In this document: piece by piece, positions 49,426 through 62,199 of the stretch
Layout: each line of letters starts with the position of its first letter
Numbering within the stretch: the first letter of the stretch is position 1
Assembly (NCBI RefSeq): GCF_009914755.1
Contig: NC_060932.1
DNA length: 64,000 nt
Direction: 5' to 3' (one strand)
Source: the human T2T-CHM13v2.0 reference genome, Homo sapiens
Position numbers and translations under genes: made by a program
Notes under the pieces: model-generated
The model's input: the letters and a program-made list of their open reading frames with translations, nothing else
What the model was told of the DNA's origin: nothing
Databases searched by the model: none

Positions 49426-49812
49426 TAATTTTAAAAAATGTTTTATTATTTATTAATTTTTTAGTTCAATAGTTTTTGGGGAACCGGTGGTTTTTGGTCA
49501 CATGGATCAGTTCTTTAGTGCTGCTTTCTGAGATTTTGGTGCACCCATCACAAGAGCAGTGTACACTGTACCCAATGTGTAGCCTTTTATCCCTCAACCC
49601 CCTCCCACCCTTCCCTTCGAGTCCCCAAAGTTCATTGTATAATTCTTATGCCTTTGCGTCCTCATAGCTTTAGCCCCCACTTACAAGTGAGAACATACAA
49701 TGTTTGGTTTTCCATTCCTGAGTTACTTCACTTAGAATAATGGTCTCCAACTCCATCCAGGTTGCTGTGAATGCCATTATTTTGTTACTTTTTATGACTG
49801 AGTAGTATTCCA

Positions 49813-49878
49813 TGGTGTGTGTGTGTGTATGTGTGCATATGTATACACATATATATGTATACGTATACATATATACTA

Positions 49879-49909
<31 letters not shown>

Positions 49910-50092
49910 ATCTATCTATCTATATATATAGATTCCATGGTGTGTGTGTGTATATACATATACATATATGCGTATATATGTGTATATACATATACAAATA
50001 TGTGTATACGTATACGTATATATGTATATATACACACACACACACCATGGAATACTACTATATATATATATATACACACACACACATATATA
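49813..50092. repeat. Compound (TG)/(TA)/(CT)/(CA) microsatellite with inverted duplications
   Basis: Direct reading; described under findings. Confidence 0.92.
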
Positions 50093-51283
50093 ACATTTTG
50101 TTTATCCACTCATTGGTTAATGGGCATTTAGGCTGGTTCCATATTTTTGCAATTGCAAGTTGTGCTGCTATAAACATGTGTATGCCGTGTTTTTTCATAT
50201 AATGACTTCTTTTTCTCTTAGATAACCTGTAGTGGGATTGCTGACTCAAACGGTTGCTGTACTTTTACTACTTTAGGGACTCTCCATAATGTTTTCCATA
50301 GCAGTTGTACTAGTTTGCATTCCCACCTGCAGTGTAAAAATACTTCCTTTTTACCACATCCATACCAATATCTGTTATCTTTTGATTTTTAAATTATGGC
50401 CATTCTTGCTGGAGTAAGGTGGTATCACATTGTGGTTTTGATTTGTATTTCCCTGATCATTAGTGATGTTGAGCATTTTTTCATGTTTCTTGGCCATTTG
50501 TATATCTTCTTTTGAGAACTATTTTTTGCCCACTTTTTGATGGGATTATTATTTTTTTATTTTTTATTTTGCTGGCTTGTTTGAGTTTCTTGTAGGTTCT
50601 GGACATTAGTCTTTTGTCAGATGCATAATTTGTGAATATTTTCTCCTACACTGTGGGTTGTTTGTTTACTCTGCTGATTATTTCTTTTGCTATGCAGAAG
50701 CTTTTTAGTTTAATTAGGTCACATCTACTTATTTTTGTTTTTGTTGCAGTTGCTTTTGGGTTCTTTGTCATGAACTCTTTGCCTAAGCCTATGTCTAGCA
50801 GAGTTTTTCTGATGTTATCTTCTAAAATTTTTATGGTTTCAGATCTTAGATTTAAGTCTTTGATCCATCTTGAGTTGGTTTTTGTATAAGGTGAAAGGTG
50901 AGGATCCAGTTTCAATCTTATACATGTGGCTTGCCAATTATCACAGCACCACTATGTTGAATAGGGTGTCTTTTCTTCACTTTATGTTTTGTTTGCTTTG
51001 TTGAGGATCAGTTGGCTGTAAGTATTTGACTTTATTTTGGTTCTCTATTCTGTTCCATTTGTCTATGTGCCTATTTTTATACCAGTACCATGCTGTTTTG
51101 GTAACTCTAGCCTTGTAGTATAGTTTGAAGTCAGGTAATGTGATGCCTCCAGATTTGTTCTTTTTGCTTAGTCTTGCTTTGGCTATGGAGGCTCTTTTTT
51201 GGTTCCATATGGATTTAAGGATTTTTTTTCTAGTTCTGTGAAGAATGATGATGGTACTTTGATGGGAATAGCATTGATTCTTT

Positions 51284-51907
51284 TTTTTTAAATTTTATTA
51301 TTATTATACTTTAAGTTTTAGGGTACATGTGCACAATGTGCAGGTTTGTTACATATGTATATATGTGCCATGTTGGTGTGCTGCACCCATTAACTCATCC
51401 TTTAGCATTAGGTATATCTCCTAATGCTATCCCTCCCCCCTCCGCCCACCCCACAACAGTCCCCGGAGTGTGATGTTCCCCTTCCTGTGTCCATGTGTTG
51501 TCATTGTTCAATTCCCACCTATGAGTGAGAACATGCGGTGTTCGGTTTTTTGTCCTTGCGATAGTTTGCTGAGAATGATGGTTTCCAGTTTCATCCATGT
51601 CCCTACAAAGGACATGAACTCATCATTTTTTATGGCTGCATAGTATTCCATGGTGTATATGTGCCACATTTTCTTAATCCAGTCTATCATTGTTGGACAT
51701 TTGGGTTGATTCCAAGTCTTTGCTATTGTGAATAGTGCCACAATAAGCATACATGTGCATGTGTCTTTATAGCAGCATGATTTATAGTCCTTTGGGTATA
51801 TATCCAGTAATGGGATGGCTGGGTCAAATGGTATTTCTAGTTCTAGATCCCTGAGGAATCGCCACACTGACTTCCACAATGGTTGAACTAGTTTACAGTC
51901 CCACCAA
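51284..51907 (-). mobile_element. 5'-truncated L1PA2/3-type insertion 3 nested in L1PB ORF2
   Basis: Young L1 3' end (WRFLRDLELEIPFDPAIPLL...); TSD gattcttt at 51276-51283 and 51908-51915. Confidence 0.93.
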
Positions 51908-54900
51908 GATTCTTTATATTGCTTTTGGCAATATGGTCATTTTCACAATATTGATTCTACCCATCCATGAGCAGGAGATGTGTTTCCATTTGTTTGTGTC
52001 AATTTTTTGTTTCATTTATCTTCTATGATTTCTTTCAGCAGTGTTTTGAGTTTTTCTTGTAGAGATCTTTCACCTCCTTAGTTAGGTTTATTCCTAAGTA
52101 CTATTTTTTCTGGCTGTTGTAAATGGGATTGAGTTCTTGATTTGTTTCTTGACTTGGTTGTTGTTGGTGTATAGCAGTGCTACTGACTTTTGTATATTGA
52201 TTTGGTATCCTGAAACTTTGCTGGATTCATTTGGCATATCTAGGAGCTTTTTGGATGAGTCATTAAGGTTTTCTAGGTCATCAGCAACAGCGATAGTTTA
52301 ACTTCCTCTTTGCTGATTTGGATGCCCCTTATTTCTTTCTCTTGTCTGATTGCTCTGGCTAGGACTTCCAGTACTACATTGAAGAGAAGTGGTGAGAGTG
52401 GGCGTCCTTGTCTTGTTCCAGTTCTCAGGGGGAATGCTTTCAACTTTTCCCCATTCAATATACTGTTGGCTGTGGATGTGGCATAGATGGCTTTTATTAC
52501 TTTGAGTTATGTTCCTTCTATGCAGATTTTCCTGAGGGTTTTAATCATCAAGGAATACTGGATTTTGTCAAATGCTTTATCTATGTTTGTTGGGATGATC
52601 ATAAGTTTTTTCTTTTTAATTCTGTCTATGTGATGTATCACATTTATTGATTTGTGTATGTTAAACCATCCTTGCATCCCTGGTATGAAACAGTTAGCTG
52701 TTTCTTGGATACAGTTAGCTAGTATTTTGTTGAGGATTTTTGCACCTATGTTCACCAGGGATATTGGTCTGTAGTTTTCTTTTTTTTGTTATGTTTTTTC
52801 CTGGTTTTGGTATTATGGTGATACTGGCTTCATAGGATGCTTTAGGGAGGATTTCCTCTTTCTCTATCTTTTGGAATAGTTTCAGTAAGATTGGTACCAA
52901 TTCTTTGAATATCTGATAGAATTCAACTGTGAGTCCATCTGGTTCTGGACTTTTTTTTTTTTGGCAATTTTTGTATTACTATTTCTATCTTGCTACTTGT
53001 TACTGGTCTGTTTGGAGTTTATATTTCTTCCTGATTTAATTTAGGAAAGTTGTATATTTTCAGGAATTTTTTCATCTCCTCTAGATTTTCTCATTTGTGT
53101 GTGTAAAGGTGTTCATAGTAGCCTTGAATGATCTTTTGTATTTCTGTGGTATCAATTGTAATATCTCCTATTTCACTTCTACTTGAGCTTATTTGGATCT
53201 TCTCTCTTCTTTTCTTGGTTAATCTCACTAATTGTATATCAATTTTGTTTATCTTTTCAAAAACCCAGCTTTTTGTTTCATTTATCTTTTGTATTATTTT
53301 TGTTTGTTTGTTTTAATTTAATTTAGTTATGCTCTGAGCTTTGTTATTTCTTTTCTTCGGCTGGGTTTGGGTTTGGTTTGTTCTTGTTTCCCTAGTTCCT
53401 TGAGATGTGATCTTCAATTGTCTATTTGTGCTCTTTCAGACTTTTTGATGTAGGCATTTAATGCTATGAACTTTCCTCTTAGCACTGCTTTTGCTATATC
53501 CCAGAGGTTGTGATAAATTGTGTCATTGTTATCACTCAGTTCAAAGAATTTTTAAATTTCTATCTTGATTTCATTGTTGACCCAAATATCATCCAAGAGC
53601 AGATTATTTAATTTACATGTATTTATATAGTATCGAGAGTGCCTTTTCTAGTTAATTTCCAGTTTTATTCCATTGTGGTCTGAGAGAGTACTTGATACAA
53701 TTTTGATTTTCTTAAATTTATTGAGACTTGTTTTGTGGCCTATCATATGGTCTATCTTAGGGAATGTTCCATGTGCTGATGAATAGAATGCATGTTGTTG
53801 GATAGAATGTTCTGTAAATATCTGATAAGTCCATTTGTTCTAGGGTATAGTTTAAGTCCATTGTTTCTTTGTTGACTTTCTGTCTTGATGACCTGTTTAG
53901 TGCTGTCAGTGGAGTATTGAAGTCTCCCACTATTATTGTGCTACTGTCTATCTCATTTCTTAGGTCTGCTAGTAATTATTTAATAAATTTGGGAGCTCTG
54001 GTGTTAGGTCCCTATATATTTAGAATCATGACACTTTCCTGTTGGAGTAAGACTTTTATCATTATATAATGTTCTCTTTGTCTTTTTAAACTGTTGTTGC
54101 ATTAACATTTGTTTTGTCTGATATAAGAATAGCTACTCCTGCTTGCTTTTAGTTTATATTTACATGGAACATCTTTTTCCACCCCTTTACCTTAAGTTTA
54201 TGTAAGTCCTTATGTGTTAGGTGAGTCTCTTGAAGATAGTAGATACTTGGTTGATGGACTTTTCAATTCATTCTGCCATTCTGTATCTTTTATATGGAGG
54301 ATTTAGGCCATTTATATTCAGTGTTGGTATTGAGATGTGAGGTATGATTCTATTCATCATGCTAGTTGTTGCCTTAATACCTTGTGTTTTTTTAATCCTG
54401 TTATTGTTTTATAGACCCTATGAGAATTTTGCCTTAAGGAGGTTTATTTTGGTGTATTTTGAGGTTTTGTTTCAAGATTTGGAACTCCTTTTAGCATTTC
54501 TTATAGTGCTGGCTTGGTAGTGGCCAATTCTGCAGCATTTGTTTGTCTGAAAAAGACTTTATCTTTCCTTCATTTATGAAGCTTAGTTTTGCTGGATATA
54601 AAATTCTCAGCTGACAATTATTTTGTTTGAGGAGGCTAAAGATAGAACCCCAGACCCTAATTTCCTTTATAGGTTACCTGATACTTTTCTCTCACAGCTC
54701 CTAAAATTCTTTCCTTTGTCTTGACTTTAGTTAACCTGATAACTGTGTGCCTAGGTGACAATCTTTTTGCAATGAATTTCCCAGGTGTTCTTTGAGCTTC
54801 TTGTGTTTGGATGTACAAATCTCTAGCAAGGACAGGGAAGTTTTCCCCAATTATATCCTCAAGTAAGTTTTCCAGACTTTTAGATTTCTCTTCTTCCTCA

Positions 54901-57163
54901 TGAACACCAATTATGCTTAGTTTTGGCCATTTAACATAATCCCAAATTTCTTGAAGGCTTTGCTCATTTTTAAAAAATTCTTTTTTCTTTGTCTTCGTTG
55001 GATTGGGTTAATTCAAAAACCTTGTCTTTGAGCTCTGAACTTCTTTATTATACTTGTTTGATTCTATTCATGAGACTTTCCAGTGCATTTTGTATTTCTC
55101 TAAGTGTGGCTTTCATTTCAAGAAGTTATGGTTGTTTTTTCTTTCATGTTATCTATTTATCTAGAGAATTTTTCATTCATATCATATCCTGTATTGTTTC
55201 ATTCATATCCTGTATTGTTTCTGGCAATTCAGAGGTTTCTTCTTGGTTTGGATTCATTGCTGGGGAGCTCATGTGATTTTTTGGGGGTGTTATAGAACCT
55301 TCTTTTGTTGTATTACCAGAATTACTTTTCTGGTTCCTTCTCATTTTGGTAGACTATTTCAGTGGAAAGATCTGGAACTCAAAAGCTGCTGTTCAGATTC
55401 TTTTGTCCCATGGGGTGATCCCTTGATGTGGTGCTCTCACCCTTTTCCTAGGGATGGGGCTTCCTGAGAGCTGCAGTGATTGTTATTGCTCTTCTGGGTC
55501 TAGCCACCCAGTGGGGCTACCTTATCCTGTGCTGGTGCTGGGGAATGTCTGCAAAGAGTCCTGTGATGTTATCTGTCTTCAGGTCTTCCAGCCATGGGTA
55601 CCAGCACCTGCTTTGATGGAGGTGGCAGGAGAGTGAAGTAGACTGTGTGACAGTCATTGGTTGTAGATGTGTTTAGTGTGCTGGCTTTCTCAGATGCTGG
55701 GTATTCTAGTAGTGAAGTTGATACATGGGTAGGCTCAGGACCTCTGGTTGCAGGCATTGGAATTAGCTATTGTTAACCCTATTTCTTGGGAGTAGAGTTA
55801 TTCTGTCATGATTTGCTGTAACGGCCTGAGTTGGTGGCCTCCAGCCAGGAAGTGGCACTTTCAAGAGAGCACCAGCTGCAGTCGTAGAAGGGAGATATAA
55901 GCTTGCCCTAAGTTGGCCAGGATGAGTAAGGCCAGGGTAGGCAGTGGGCAGGGCCATAAAGTTCCCCAGGGTTTATGTCTTTTATGTTCAGCTGCAAGGG
56001 TGGGTAAAGAAAAGCCATCAGGTGGGAACAGGGTTAGGCAGGTCCGAGCTCAGACTCTCCTTGGGCAGGGCTTGCCACAGCCACTATGGGGGATGAAAGA
56101 TTGTTCTCAGGCCAATGAGGTTATGTTCCAGAGGGGATTATGGCTGCCTCTGCTGTGCCATCTAGCTTGCCAGGGAAATGGGGGAAAGCCAGTAGTGATT
56201 GGCCCCACTCAGCTCCCATGCAGTTGGCGAGGCCGGTCTTCCTCCTGCAGTGCTCTGCCAGCAGTGACGAGTTTAGAACCAGGCAGCCAGTGCATGGGAC
56301 TCAGACCTTGCCCTAGGCCATAAGCTTCGTTCCTGAGAAAGCAAGTGCAGCTTTCAGGCCTCATCCCTCCTCATCTGCCCACAATACCAGCAGTGGCTCC
56401 TGTGCTCATATCTGCAACAGTTCCCATTCAATCCCCAGATTCTGCTCAAGGAAATTTGTGCTCAGTCAAAATTATTACAAAATTCAGCTGGAAACTTCTT
56501 TTACCCCGTTCACCCTGTGACCCCTCCCTAATTCCACTGGCTGCCTTCCCCAAGGCCCCTGTGAGATATAGTCAGGGTTGTCTTCCCTGGGCCCAGGCTG
56601 GATACTGGGAGTGCCTACAAGGCTCTTCCTGCTGCTGCTTCTACTTTTATGTTTTGCATGGCTCCCTAAATCCGTTTCAGCTCCAGGTAAAGTTAAATCC
56701 TTCTCCTGGGATCTGGATTTTCAGGTTCTCCAGTGGGGATGTGTTTTCAGAGGTAGGTTTCCCCCCTCACACTTTGGGAACTCACAGTTTTTCACCTGTC
56801 TCATGGAATTTACAGCGACAGGCCACTCCTTTTAAAGGATTTGTGAATTCTTTTGGTTTTCTTGATATGTTCCTGCAGCGTTTCTTGGAGCAAAAGTTCA
56901 TGGTGTGAGCCTCCACATGTTCTGTCTGTCCAAGTGGGAGCTGCATGTTAGCCCTGTCTCCTATCCGCCCTCTTCCTTCACTCTCCCTATTCAGATTTTC
57001 TATTCCTTCTTAAGTCTGTTTCAGTAATTTGTGTTCTCTAGGAATTTGTCCATTTCACCTAAATTTTCTAATTTATTGACAGAATTGCTTGTACTATTTC
57101 TTTATAATCCTTTTTCTTTTACCAAGACTGGAAATAAAGTCTTCTCTTTCATTTCTGATTTAG

Positions 57164-57487
<324 letters not shown>

Positions 57488-58065
57488 TTAGTTTTTCTTT
57501 GTCTTTGAATATAAAGTACGTCTTCTGTTGACAGCATGTATTTCTATCTCGTTTTTCTTAAATCTTATCTGACAAGTTGCTTTTTGATTGGGTTATTTAA
57601 TTTGATAACATTTAATGTTATTATTGCTATAGTTGGATTTACATCTAACTATAACATCCAATTTATGGAACTGGAATTCCATATATTGGATTTGTAACCA
57701 ACTCTATCAATAATAACATTAAATGATTACATGCCATTTTGCTTTTTTGTTTTTGTTAATGTGTCATGTTTTTTCTGTTCCCTTATTACCCCTTTTTTGC
57801 TTTCGTTTGCATTTAGTGGATATTTTCTAAAGTACTATTTTTATTTCTTCAATAAAGTTTTGCCATTTTTTAAGTTGTTTTCTTAGTAGTTGCTCTAGGG
57901 CTTACAATATGCACCTTAACTTATGAAAATCAGTTTCAGATTTGTCTTAATTTAATTCCAATGAAATATACAAATGTTACTTATATGAAGCTCTATTCTT
58001 TTTTACTTTTTGTGGCATCATTGTTATACATATTACATCTATAAATGTTACAAATTCAACAATAC

Positions 58066-58356
58066 TTTTTTATTATTTTGAGACAGAATCTCGCTTTGTC
58101 ACCCAGGCTGGAGTGCAATGGTACAATCTCGGTTCACCTCCTCTTCCCGAGTTCAAGTGATTCTTCTCCCTCAGCCTCCCAAGTTGCTGGGATTACAGGC
58201 ATGTGCCACCACCCCCGGCTACTTTTTGTACTTTTAGTAGAGACGGGATTTCACCATGTTGTCCAGGCTGGCCTTGAACTCCTCCTGATCTTGTGATCCG
58301 CCCGCCTCGGCCTCCCAAAGTGCTGGGATTACAGGCATGAGCCACCATGCCCGTCC
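58066..58356 (-). mobile_element. Alu (AluS-type) with a small internal deletion
   Basis: Dimer; TSD tcaacaata at 58056-58064 and 58357-58365. Confidence 0.88.
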
Positions 58357-58979
58357 TCAACAATATATTGTTATAAATGATTATGTTATACAATCTTATA
58401 AGTGTTTTAAAGAAGCTGAGAGAGAAAAGAAAAGCAAGTAAATATTTATAGTCTTTGTTATATTAACCCTGTTTTTTAAAATTAGTGCAGGTTCTCTTCA
58501 TTTGCTCTGTGGCTTTGAGTTGCCATCTGAAGCCCTTTCCATAGTCCAGTATAGCTTTATTCCAACTCACCTCCTTTGTAATGCTATTGGCAAATATATT
58601 GCATTTTTATATGTTATAGGTCCAACAATAAAATTATATGTATTTTTGTTTTTTATCATTAATTTTTAAACCAGTTAGGAGAAGGAAGGAGAGAAATACG
58701 CATTTATGCTGTCTTTTGTAAATACATGAATACCTTTAATGATTAATTTTTAGCTCTTATTTTTTCCATGTGGATTATAATTATTATCACTTGCTTTCAT
58801 ATTAAATAAAGTTCTTTAGTATTTCTTATAAGGTAAGTCCGCTAGCAACAAATTCTCTTAGTGTTTGTTTGCATAGGGGTGTCTATATTTTGCCTTCATT
58901 TCTATAGAATAACTTTGCTGAATATAAGATTCTTCATTGATAGTTTTTTTCCATTTCTTCTGACCTCCTTCATTACTTT

Positions 58980-59490
58980 TCTTTAACTTAGTTTTTAACT
59001 GACAAGTACAAATTGTATATATTTATGGTGTACAAAATGTTGTTTTAAAGTATGTATACATTGTGGAATGGGTAAATTGAGCTAACTGACACATGCATTA
59101 CCTCACTTTTTATGGTGAGAACACTTAAAATCTACTCTCTTAGCATTTTTCAAGAATAAAATACATTGTTATTAACTATAGTCATTATGTTGTGCAATAG
59201 ATCTCTTGCACTGATTCATCCTAGCTAAAGTTTTGTATCCTTTAACCAACATCTCCCCAAACACACTTTCTTTTCCCAGACCCCAGTTAACCATCATTCT
59301 CCTCTGTACTTCCATGAATTCCTTTTTTAAATTCCACATATAAGTGAGATCATACGGTATTTGTCTTTCTGTGCCTGGGTTATTTTACTTAACACAGTGT
59401 TCTCCAGGTTCATCCATGTTTTTGCAAATGACAGGATTTTCTTCATTTTTAAAGGCTGAAAAGTATCCCATTCTGTATATACTGCATTTT
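58980..59490 (-). mobile_element. L1MA-type 3' fragment
   Basis: aattgtatatatttatggtgtacaa...gagaacacttaaaatctactctcttagc...ttccacatataagtgagatcat. Confidence 0.8.
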
Positions 59491-61653
59491 CTTGGACTCC
59501 ATAATTTCTGATACGTCAACTATAATCTTACTTGGGACACCATCTAGATAATCACTTATTTTTCTCTCACTGATTTCAAGATTTTCTCATGAGGTTATTC
59601 CACTTCCTTAGTGTATGGTTTTAATAATTTTAAAGCTTTGTTAATATTTATTTTGTTCAGTTCAGAAAACAAAATGTTATCTTATGGCTTCATTGTGCCA
59701 TTATTTTATTATTTCATTCTGCCATCTTGCTTCAGAGGAGCCTCTCAAATAGAAGAAAGATGGTGGAAATTTGCAGTTTCATCAGCCTCCTTCTTGAGAC
59801 CTATCTGAAAAGACTTTACATCTATCTTGAGGCAAACCAAGAATGTCCAAAAACTAAGCTTCTATATGTCTGGTGTGGTCTGGGTACAAGTGTCATAAGA
59901 TACCTCTCTCCCACTTTGTAACTTAACATCAAGAAATGTGTGACCTTATGAAAACATACTGTGACCATCACCAGTGACATAATCCACCCCTCCGTGACTT
60001 ACATTTTATAATTGAAATTAACAGTCCATGGATGGCATTGATGTTCAATAGCACAATTGTGCCATCTGTTTCAACACCACAGTTTGGGGGATTTCCACAT
60101 AGTACATTGAAGGATTATTTTAAGAGGCGAATTTATGATGAAGTCCCCTAATAGTGCCTCTTTACTAAACCAATTTGGTATTTATAAATGCCTAGGGGGA
60201 GAAAAAGTTACTGAAATTGCATCACCACCTTCGGAAAAATTTTCAAAGGGCGTATTTAATATTAATGTAGTGTACAATTACTCTTGGGCTCCTGCCAAGA
60301 GTGCCAGCAGAACATAGGCTGTGAATGTCCCAATGTGCCTGAAAATTATTTTAATTTACAAAAACCTACTCAAGCTGCTGTTTGTAGATTTGAATTTGAG
60401 GGCAGATTCTGCAAAAAAAAAAAGTAGAACATTTGCAAAAGTATGCAAATAGACATCAGAACGAAGCCCTAGGTTTATAGCCCGTTAAAGTACCTGAGGT
60501 CACAAGACCCAAGAGGAGCTATTAAAGAATATTCAAAAGGACAAGGTGCTTCAGGAGTCTGCAGACCTTGCAGGAGAGTTCAAGTGTGGTTATAAGAACA
60601 GGAGGGAGGCATGTAGCTTAGATAGCTCTCTCTTATGGGGTCTTTTTCACCTCGCCTTTTCTCTTTGTTCCGATAATTCCCAATTTCTCTCTCCTAGTCT
60701 ATCATTTTATTAAGCTGCAAAAATCAGCTTTCTTTTCCTCTCCATCTCCTTCCAGATAACACCCTAAAAACCTTATTTTTCCCTGGAAAATATATTTTCA
60801 TAAGCTAAGAGCCATCTATTTTAAAATGAATTATGTATCTTTTTTAGTATTTTACAAAGCATTTTCTCCCTTAGCACTATATCACATTATCATATTTTCA
60901 TGTTTAATAGAATATTTTTGTATTGAAATTATGCACAATTGCAAATTATGATTAGACTGAAAGAGGACAACACAACATTTAAGCAGAGCTTGCATGAAAG
61001 ACTCCGAATTGGAGCTTTTGTATCTTTGTTAATTATCTTTTGGATTATGCAGATAGTATTTTGCAATGAGACAGCAGAACCTCAGTTTTCTCTGAAGTTC
61101 GGCCATCTATTGGTTAATTCACACAATAAAAATTTATTCTAACATTAGTTAAAAACAACCACCATAGAAAGTCTATTTATGGAATAGAAAATATGTACAT
61201 TCTTTGTAGAATTATGTAAAATTTTCAAAAAAATTCTCTATGATGGAGCTTTAAATATAAATTCTAGTGCCAGTACTTAAGTATAATTATTTTTATTAGA
61301 CCTATTTTGTTTTTATGGCATTGTGGCCGAAGCTGAAGAAGAATGGAAAAATAACTTGATAAATATCAAAATATTATATCCAACCATCAAAAATATAATA
61401 CTAAATGTGATGTGTATACTATTTCCATTTTATGGAAAAAGGAGGTAGTTTAAAGAAGTTAAGTCACATCCAAAATCATACACAGAGTAACCAACAAAGC
61501 CAGTATTTCAAGTCTGTTTGTCTAATTTTATTTTTTTCTCATTCACGAGGAAACAATGTTTGTTTAATTTTAAAGTTCATGCTAATGCCAAGTGGAAAAG
61601 CAGCTGCTCAAAGGATCTATAATCTCAGTGGTTATCAAAATAGTCACTTTAAA

Positions 61654-61692
<39 letters not shown>

Positions 61693-61694
61693 TA
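61654..61694. repeat. (TA)n microsatellite, about 20 units, one interruption
   Basis: Direct reading. Confidence 0.92.
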
Positions 61695-62199
61695 TTTGTA
61701 TAAATAAGTATGGAATGTGTCCCTAGGATGGCTGTGGCTTCTCCTTCTATGACAGGCATAGCTAATATCTTATAGTAACCAAGACACCTACTGAGCCGGC
61801 CCCATGCAGTCACCACACCCATGGTCCTGCAGTGGGCACACAAGGAGAAGGAAGTTCCCATGTCTAGAAATTAGAGTCTCAGTTATGGGGAAAAAGGAAG
61901 GAAGAATAAGCTTAGTTGTTTCAAAGACATCTCACTATTGTCATTTCACTTAATCATCATCATGAGGCAGTGAGGAATATTATTCCCATTTCTATGTGAG
62001 AAGACAAAACTTAAAGGTAAGGGATTCAGTCACAGAGCCAATGTGGTAGAATTGGACTCTGACTCAGGTCCTCAGACTCAGTATCCCATACTCTTTCTAC
62101 CCACTAAATGAATGAATATTTAATAATTAACTCTGAACAAGAAGAAAGAACTGGTTGGTGAAACAAAAAGTGAGTGGACTCTTAGAAGAAAGTTGACTA

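Larger units (their letters stand above)
49221..56985 (-). mobile_element. Near full-length L1PB-type LINE-1 with 14-bp TSD
   Basis: 3' UTR starts tcaatagtttttggggaac. ORF2 fragments ([18 protein letters not shown]), ORF1 and a long 5' UTR follow, ending ctatccgccctcttcc. TSD cctattcagatttt at 49207-49220 and 56986-56999. Confidence 0.88.

Noticed and set aside
49817-50202. Tyr/Ile/Cys-rich ORFs (also the Lys/Glu/Gly-rich ORFs at 40586-40942)
   Set aside because: These are translations of microsatellites.
55913-56908. 136-aa and 187-aa ORFs
   Set aside because: They lie antisense within the GC-richer L1PB 5' UTR and show no protein family features.
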